The translations under genes were made by a program, and so were the position numbers. The notes below the pieces were generated by a model. It was given only the letters and a program-made list of their open reading frames with translations, made no database searches and had not been told where the DNA came from. 35,306 bases of DNA from an uncultured Bacteroidales bacterium (lineage in GTDB: Bacteria > Bacteroidota > Bacteroidia > Bacteroidales > UBA10428). The stretch lies in the NCBI GenBank assembly GCA_964495025.1, contig CAZBUF010000557.1, positions 1 through 35,306 on the forward strand, given 5' to 3'. Shown piece by piece: positions 19,537-24,577 of the stretch (the first letter of the stretch is position 1; each line of letters begins with the position of its first letter).

Positions 19537-21570
19537 TTAAAGTTTGATGGCCACCCTGCCTGTGATAACCCTGCCCGGAGAAATATAATCTGTTGTTTCC
19601 ATATGTTCGTTGTCAAAGATGTCCTGGACGTCAAGTGAGATTATAAATTTGTCCGCTATTTGCTTTGACAGGCGTAAATCAAATGTAAAATAAGAATCCA
19701 GCTTTTGCGTATTCGCATCATCGCCATATTGTTCTCCTTTATATAATCCCCTGATACTGGCATTAACAATTTTATTTTTTAAGAATACCGAAGCGGAAGC
19801 AGTGTGTTTAGGTACATATTTCAGATATTTCTTTTCCAGGTCCGGCCTTTCTGTAAAAGCATCGATCTTTGAGTCGCAGTAAGCATAATTGGCCATAATA
19901 TCCAGGACATCGGACAGCTCATACGAAACTTCGAATTCTGCTCCCATGATATTTACGCCGGTAACGTTTTCCCTGATATAGATGGCCCGCCCGAAAATAC
20001 TGTCACCTGTTGAAACATAGTACAGGAAGTCTTTGCCGGTGGAGTAATAGGCTGAAGTCGATATCTTCAGTCTGCTGACAGGAAAAATATCAAATCCTGC
20101 CTCAAAATTATTCATTGTTTCGGGGCCCAGCTCAGGATTGGCATATTTTGGGCCTACCCACATCCAGCCTGTACGTGTAAGGTCATCAAGAATGGATGCC
20201 CTGAAACCATGTGAGTACGACAGGTAGGCGCTTAGTTCCTTAATGAAGTTAAACCTCATGCCCAGCCTTGGAGACAGTTCGGTCCATGTATGATCCCTGA
20301 GCTCAGGTGTGGTGTTCCACGGATCTGTGGTGTAGTAATCTCCTCCGGTGAATTTTACCTGGTCGAGACGCAGGCCGGCAATAATCCTTATCCTGTTGTC
20401 AAGCAAAACATGCTCATCCTGGATAAAGCCTGCTATGGTTTGAATTTTACCCTCGTTATATACCGTATCATATGGTGCCGTCTGGTAATAATCACCACCT
20501 TCAATGCTGCCCTGTTTGAATTCGAAACCACCGGTTACCGTATTATTTTCTGTCAGCTCACCGTTTATGCTGAACAGTGTTCCCAAATCCTCTCTTAACG
20601 AGTTCACATCATAACGCGAGTAATTTCCGCCCCTCATATTTTCATTTATATCATAATAATGCTCGAGCTGGTAATAGGTATTGAGTTCGTAATGCAGATT
20701 TTCGTTGCCGCCATTCAGGTTCCCTCGAATAAGGTCGGTGTTAAAATTTCTGTAGCAGCCTTCAGGGGCATAAATCCGGTAACCCTCGCCTCTTTTATCT
20801 CTGAAAGCATCATATTGCAGCTCCCACTTAAACCATCCCGACTCGTCATACCCTGCCCTGGCGGATATGCCGATCTCTTCCAGCGAGCGTGAAATATCAT
20901 AAGGAGTGCGGTTTTCCTTCAGTACATTGTTGTATCCGTCGCTTTTCAGATAATACTGTGAAACGGAACCGTAGTAGCCTTTATCAGTGAGTATCCTCAC
21001 ATTCAAATCCTGCCTTATTGTACTGAATGTGCCGAAACTTACGGCACCAAAAATTTCCTGTGGCTTCACCGGCTTCCTGGTAATAATATTTATAACCCCT
21101 CCCATGGCATTATTCCCGTATAATGAGGAGCCGGGGCCCTTGAAGATTTCGATCTGCTTTACATCATACTGGTTTATTCGGTTCCAGTTTACACCGCCCT
21201 CATCGGAAGTATTTATGGGAACGCCGTTTAATAATACAAGGGTCCTGGATTGTTCATCACCTGATAATCCTCGCAGGGTGATCATCGGACGCTGACTGTA
21301 TATCCCTGTTGTCCGGTTTACATTTATTCCGGGAGTATATCTCAGTATGTCATCAACCTGCTGGGCAGGTGTCGATTCAATCGCATCCATCCTGATAAGC
21401 GAAATTCTGCCCGGCACTTCCCTTATATTACGAAAGGTTTTTGTTGCTGTTACTACCACTTCTTCAAGCTCAATAGTGTCATTCAGAGTTTCCTGCGTGT
21501 AAACCCTTGAAAATGATAAAATTACTATTGATGCCAGTAGGGTAGTTTTCATTCTGAATAATGTTCTCAT
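19537..21570 (-). CDS. TonB-dependent outer-membrane receptor (plug + 22-strand barrel class); putative nickel-chelate receptor by context.
   Basis: Signal peptide, then TonB box (ELEEVVVTATK). Plug motifs: RISLIRMDAIESTPAQQVDDILRYTPGINV, ITLRGLSG, LLNGVPIN, IEIFKGPGSSLYGNNAMGGVINIIT. It sits between nikR and the ABC importer genes. Confidence 0.9.
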   Translation of the reverse strand: MRTLFRMKTTLLASIVILSFSRVYTQETLNDTIELEEVVVTATKTFRNIREVPGRISLIRMDAIESTPAQQVDDILRYTPGINVNRTTGIYSQRPMITLRGLSGDEQSRTLVLLNGVPINTSDEGGVNWNRINQYDVKQIEIFKGPGSSLYGNNAMGGVINIITRKPVKPQEIFGAVSFGTFSTIRQDLNVRILTDKGYYGSVSQYYLKSDGYNNVLKENRTPYDISRSLEEIGISARAGYDESGWFKWELQYDAFRDKRGEGYRIYAPEGCYRNFNTDLIRGNLNGGNENLHYELNTYYQLEHYYDINENMRGGNYSRYDVNSLREDLGTLFSINGELTENNTVTGGFEFKQGSIEGGDYYQTAPYDTVYNEGKIQTIAGFIQDEHVLLDNRIRIIAGLRLDQVKFTGGDYYTTDPWNTTPELRDHTWTELSPRLGMRFNFIKELSAYLSYSHGFRASILDDLTRTGWMWVGPKYANPELGPETMNNFEAGFDIFPVSRLKISTSAYYSTGKDFLYYVSTGDSIFGRAIYIRENVTGVNIMGAEFEVSYELSDVLDIMANYAYCDSKIDAFTERPDLEKKYLKYVPKHTASASVFLKNKIVNASIRGLYKGEQYGDDANTQKLDSYFTFDLRLSKQIADKFIISLDVQDIFDNEHMETTDYISPGRVITGRVAIKL

Positions 21571-21600
21571 TTAATGGAATTCTATTTAGGTTTTTACTTA

Positions 21601-21627
21601 GTAATACTATATAATATTTCGTGTTAC
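21601..21627. promoter_or_regulatory. Candidate NikR operator between nikR and the TonB-dependent receptor gene.
   Basis: GTAATAC-N13-GTGTTAC. The half-sites are a 6/7 inverted repeat and the spacer is AT-only apart from one C. The site lies 31-57 nt upstream of the receptor ATG (21570). Its architecture matches the second box at 22048-22074. Confidence 0.4.
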
Positions 21628-21644
21628 CATATAAATAAAAAAAA

Positions 21645-22046
21645 TCAGTTTGCCCTGCTCATTGTCAGTTTTCCGTGCCGTATACCTTTTACAGCAATAA
21701 GCTTGTCTGACAGCCCTGTTAAAACCGAAGCTTTCCCTTTAACCGCAATTATCTCCATGCAATTATCATGGTCGAGATGGAAATGCTGTGATGAAAGTAT
21801 CACCTCGTGATAATCATGCTGTATATCAGTGAGCTGATTCAGAATATCGCGTTTATGATGATCATAGACCAGTGTAACCGAACCTGCAACGATATTGTTG
21901 CACAGCCATTTTTTTTCGACAATGTTCTTGTTTATTAAATACCTTATAGCCTGTGATCTGTTTGAGAGATGATTTTCATTAATATAATCATCCAATGCAT
22001 CCATTAGTTCTTTTTCAAGCGAAACGCCAAATCTGATAACTGACAT
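21645..22046 (-). CDS. nikR: Nickel-responsive transcriptional regulator NikR (ribbon-helix-helix + ACT-like Ni-binding domain).
   Basis: N-terminal RHH (IRFGVSLEKELMDALDDYINENHLSNRSQAIRYLI). C-terminal high-affinity Ni site pattern HFHLDHDNC (H-x-H-x5-C) with an upstream His cluster (VYDHH, HDYHE). 133 aa is the typical NikR length. Confidence 0.92.
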   Translation of the reverse strand: MSVIRFGVSLEKELMDALDDYINENHLSNRSQAIRYLINKNIVEKKWLCNNIVAGSVTLVYDHHKRDILNQLTDIQHDYHEVILSSQHFHLDHDNCMEIIAVKGKASVLTGLSDKLIAVKGIRHGKLTMSRAN

Positions 22047-22047
22047 A

Positions 22048-22074
22048 GTGTTACCTTTTAAAAATAAGTGATAC
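22048..22074. promoter_or_regulatory. Candidate NikR operator (autoregulation) directly upstream of the nikR start codon.
   Basis: GTGTTAC-N13-GTGATAC (5/7 inverted repeat). It begins 2 nt upstream of the nikR ATG (22046) and ends 7 nt downstream of the minus-strand -7 box. It could also serve the divergent 22265 gene. Confidence 0.4.
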
Positions 22075-22080
22075 TATTTG

Positions 22081-22088
22081 CAAATATA
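22081..22088 (-). promoter_or_regulatory. Bacteroidota-type -7 promoter element (TAnnTTTG) for nikR.
   Basis: The minus strand reads TATATTTG, about 35-42 nt upstream of the nikR ATG. It is embedded in a perfect 12-bp palindrome TATTTGCAAATA (22075-22086). Confidence 0.45.
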
Positions 22089-22153
22089 ATTAAATAATCG
22101 GGATACTGATATAAATTTATATAAATTCCGTATTTTTATTGTGATAGACTGAT

Positions 22154-22222
22154 ACAGCCGGTAAGGAAGGGGGCTGTCCCCTCCCTTGAGACAGCCTGTC
22201 AGTAAGGAGGCTGTCCCCTCTC
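22154..22222. repeat. Two tandem about 37-nt units, each forming an ACAGCC/GGCTGT hairpin with a GTAAGGA-containing 12-nt loop followed by CCCCTC.
   Basis: Unit 1: ACAGCC (22154-22159) ggtaaggaaggg GGCTGT (22172-22177) CCCCTCCC. Unit 2: GACAGCC (22190-22196) tgtcagtaagga GGCTGTC (22209-22215) CCCTCTC. It lies in the nikR/22265 divergent intergenic region. Confidence 0.8.
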
Positions 22223-22264
22223 TGAGTAAGGGAGCAACCGCGCCTCAAAACAAAAAAAGTAAAA

Positions 22265-23722
22265 ATGAGAAAAGTTCTTTTCCTGATAGCTTTTGTTTTT
22301 CTTTTCTTATATAGTGTTGTGTATGCTCATTCGGGGAAACCCGACTACAGGGTTATTATCGATACTGATTGTGCTTTTGACGATTTCAGGGCTATAACAA
22401 TGCTTCTGGCATCATCAAAGGTTGAGGTGCTGGGCATAACCACCTCTGACGGCACACTTGATCCTGTTGAGGGACAGCAACGGATCAGATCCCTGCTGAA
22501 ATGTTTTCATCACGAAGGTATACACGTGGCCGGAGGGGAAGTAGTGATAAAAACACCTCCCGCATGGAGGGGACTGAATAAATGCATACCATGGACGGGA
22601 GAGGAGGCACAGGGTACAAATATAAATAATGATTTATCAGCCAGGGATTTTATAATCAAGACGATAAGTAATGAGGTGAAACCCGTGACCGTAATTTGTC
22701 TGGGCAGCCTCACTAATATAGCAACTGCAATTCAGAAGGAAGACAGCATCATAAGAAATATTGAAAGAATAATATGGTATAACAGGGGTAATGATATTGA
22801 AAACGGCACAAATTACGGGTTTGACATATCTTCAGCCGACTTCATAATCAGATCGGGCATAAGGATTGATATGGTTTCAAATCCGCAACACGAAGGATTA
22901 AAATATGACAGTGCTTTATCAGATAGTATCGCAGGCATAAACTCAGTTTATGCAAGACAAATTTCATATGTTCATAATAGTGATGAGCTTAAAAATATAT
23001 CTCATAAAGGCTATCTGAATATTTGGGATGATCTTCTGCCGGTATATTTATTGTCGCCCGGAGCATTTACCGCTGACAGTTCCGTCAAATTTCCCGGCCT
23101 CAGATTAGTGAAGCCCGCTGATGAGATTAAGATAAAAGAACAGATAATTGATATTCTTGATATTGACAGATATAGTGAGAGTAAGGTATTTGAAAGGTTC
23201 CCTGCTGATAGTTCATTGTACAGGAATGATGTTGCAGCGGTGATGAATGAAATAATTGATAAACACGGACTGCAGGAGTGGAGACTTGGAGTATTGACAA
23301 ACGAGATACACGGACATCTTGGAATTTATGCAACTGTTGGTGTTAAAATGGGGCTCAGGGCAAGGGAGTATTTCAATATAGGCCTGGACGATATCAGGAT
23401 CATAAGCTATGCGGGAAGGCAACCACCGGTAAGTTGCATGAATGACGGATTGCAGGTAGCTACCGGCGGTACGCTGGGGCACGGACTGATATTCCTGGCT
23501 GACGAAACTAAAGGCAAGCCAAAGGCTTATTTTTCATATAAAGACAAAACAGTAATAATAAGACTTAAGGATGAATATGTGAATATCATTAAAAATGATA
23601 TTAAGCAATGTATTTCTGAGCATGGTAATTTAACCAATGAATACTGGGAATGTGTGAGAAAACTGGCAATTGAATACTGGCTGGCATGGGACAGAAATAT
23701 TATGTTTGATTTGGAGTATTGA
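22265..23722 (+). CDS. Secreted/periplasmic fusion protein: inosine-uridine nucleoside hydrolase (IUNH)-like N-domain plus a divergent FmdE-like C-domain.
   Basis: Signal peptide MRKVLFLIAFVFLFLYSVVYA. IUNH Ca-binding fingerprint VIIDTDCAFDDFRAI (DxDxxxDD) and ICLGSLTNIA. The C-terminal region aligns by eye with the FmdE pattern of the 15410-16522 protein: HGHLGIYATVGVKMGLRA versus HRHICPGLAMGVIAASGA, and SCMNDGLQVATGGTLGHG versus NCFSDGVQYVTGCTFGNN. The CPG cysteine is lost. Transcribed divergently from nikR. Confidence 0.7.
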   Translation: MRKVLFLIAFVFLFLYSVVYAHSGKPDYRVIIDTDCAFDDFRAITMLLASSKVEVLGITTSDGTLDPVEGQQRIRSLLKCFHHEGIHVAGGEVVIKTPPAWRGLNKCIPWTGEEAQGTNINNDLSARDFIIKTISNEVKPVTVICLGSLTNIATAIQKEDSIIRNIERIIWYNRGNDIENGTNYGFDISSADFIIRSGIRIDMVSNPQHEGLKYDSALSDSIAGINSVYARQISYVHNSDELKNISHKGYLNIWDDLLPVYLLSPGAFTADSSVKFPGLRLVKPADEIKIKEQIIDILDIDRYSESKVFERFPADSSLYRNDVAAVMNEIIDKHGLQEWRLGVLTNEIHGHLGIYATVGVKMGLRAREYFNIGLDDIRIISYAGRQPPVSCMNDGLQVATGGTLGHGLIFLADETKGKPKAYFSYKDKTVIIRLKDEYVNIIKNDIKQCISEHGNLTNEYWECVRKLAIEYWLAWDRNIMFDLEY

Positions 23723-23737
23723 CATAGGGAGGGGACA

Positions 23738-23759
23738 GGGGGGACAGCCCCCCCTTTTT
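23738..23759 (+). terminator. Intrinsic-terminator-like hairpin after the IUNH/FmdE-like gene.
   Basis: GGGGGG-ACAG-CCCCCC(C) followed by TTTTT. It begins 16 nt after the stop (23722) and ends 13 nt before the next ATG (23773). Read on the minus strand, 23727-23754 is GGGGGGGCTGTCCCCCCTGTCCCCTCCC, an inverted copy of the repeat family. Confidence 0.6.
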
Positions 23760-23772
23760 AACAAAGTATATT

Positions 23773-24483
23773 ATGAGTGAACAAATTTGGGTACTTTCAG
23801 TAACGGCGGCATCTGTAGGTTTTATACATACCGTTCTCGGGCCGGATCATTATCTTCCGTTCATAGTTATGTCTAAAGCAAGAAAATGGTCAATATTCAA
23901 AACGGGTTTTATTACTGTATTGTGCGGAATAGGCCATGTAGGGAGTTCGATACTCATTGGCGCGCTGGGCATTGCATTTGGCATAGGATTATCACGCGTA
24001 AAAGGATTAGAGGGCATGCGCGGTGAGATAGCCGCATGGGCTTTTATTGTCTTCGGGTTCATATATATGCTTTGGGGCATATACAGGGCAGTAAAAAATA
24101 AGCCTCATAAACACCGGCATATTCATAATGGAGTGGCACATGAGCATGAGCATGTACATGCAAATGATCATGATCACACACACAAGAGTGAGAAAGCCAT
24201 AAATTTAACACCCTGGGTGCTCTTTCTTATTTTTGTACTGGGGCCGTGTGAGCCCCTGATTCCCATATTAATGTACCCTGCTGCCAGGCATAATACACTG
24301 GGGATAATTACAGTATCCCTGATATTTGCTGTTACAACCATATTAACTATGCTCATCCTGGTTCTGCTTGTCTCTTTCGGATTAAAATCCTTGCCCTTCG
24401 GAAAGCTGGAGAGATATACCCATGCCATAGCCGGCGCCACAATATTGTTAAGCGGTTGTGCAATCGTGTTCCTTGGATTGTAA
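23773..24483 (+). CDS. Six-TM membrane protein with a central His-rich loop; putative Ni/Co transporter of the NicO/RcnA- or HupE/UreJ/UreH-like type. Transport direction unknown.
   Basis: TM1 motif GFIHTVLGPDHYLPF, which I compare (from memory) with G-F-x-H-x3-G-x-D-H of HupE/UreJ and GFxHAxxPGHGK of RcnA. Central loop HKHRHIHNGVAHEHEHVHANDHDHTH. Second-half motif LGPCEPLIPIL, which I recall as RcnA-like G-x-x-P-C. Family assignment is by motif only. Confidence 0.6.
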   Translation: MSEQIWVLSVTAASVGFIHTVLGPDHYLPFIVMSKARKWSIFKTGFITVLCGIGHVGSSILIGALGIAFGIGLSRVKGLEGMRGEIAAWAFIVFGFIYMLWGIYRAVKNKPHKHRHIHNGVAHEHEHVHANDHDHTHKSEKAINLTPWVLFLIFVLGPCEPLIPILMYPAARHNTLGIITVSLIFAVTTILTMLILVLLVSFGLKSLPFGKLERYTHAIAGATILLSGCAIVFLGL

Positions 24484-24497
24484 AACCGGATGGGAGA

Positions 24498-24577
24498 CAA
24501 GGGGGGGCAGCTCCCTAAAGGAGGCTGTCCCCCTCCGAAGGAGGCTGTCCCCTCTGTAAGGAGGCTGTCCCCTCTAT
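24498..24577. repeat. Tandem array of 20-bp units AAGGAGGCTGTCCCC(C)TC-NN: three near-perfect copies plus one degenerate copy.
   Basis: U1 24518-24537 aaggaggctgtccccctccg. U2 24538-24557 aaggaggctgtcccctctgt. U3 24558-24577 aaggaggctgtcccctctat. Degenerate U0 24498-24517 caagggggggcagctcccta. The 20-mer GTAAGGAGGCTGTCCCCTCT at 24556-24575 is identical to 22202-22221. The array lies between convergent genes, and U3 overlaps the stop of the 24574-26688 CDS. Confidence 0.85.

Noticed and set aside
19536-19634. N-terminal extension of the binding-protein ORF (start at 19634).
   Set aside because: It would overlap the receptor gene by 98 nt and lacks signal-peptide character. Met34 gives a canonical lipoprotein signal and a 1-nt gap to the receptor stop.
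15410-21570. Interpretation as a cobalamin (BtuB-BtuFCD) or ferric-siderophore uptake operon.
   Set aside because: The lead gene is a NikR with an intact HxHx5C Ni site. The 74-bp leader is too short for a cobalamin riboswitch and I saw no Fur-box-like 19-mer. The neighbouring His-rich transporter and hypAB point to Ni. This is not excluded experimentally.
24498-24577. CRISPR array.
   Set aside because: The units are directly abutting 20-bp repeats with no spacers, there are only 3-4 copies, and there are no cas genes.
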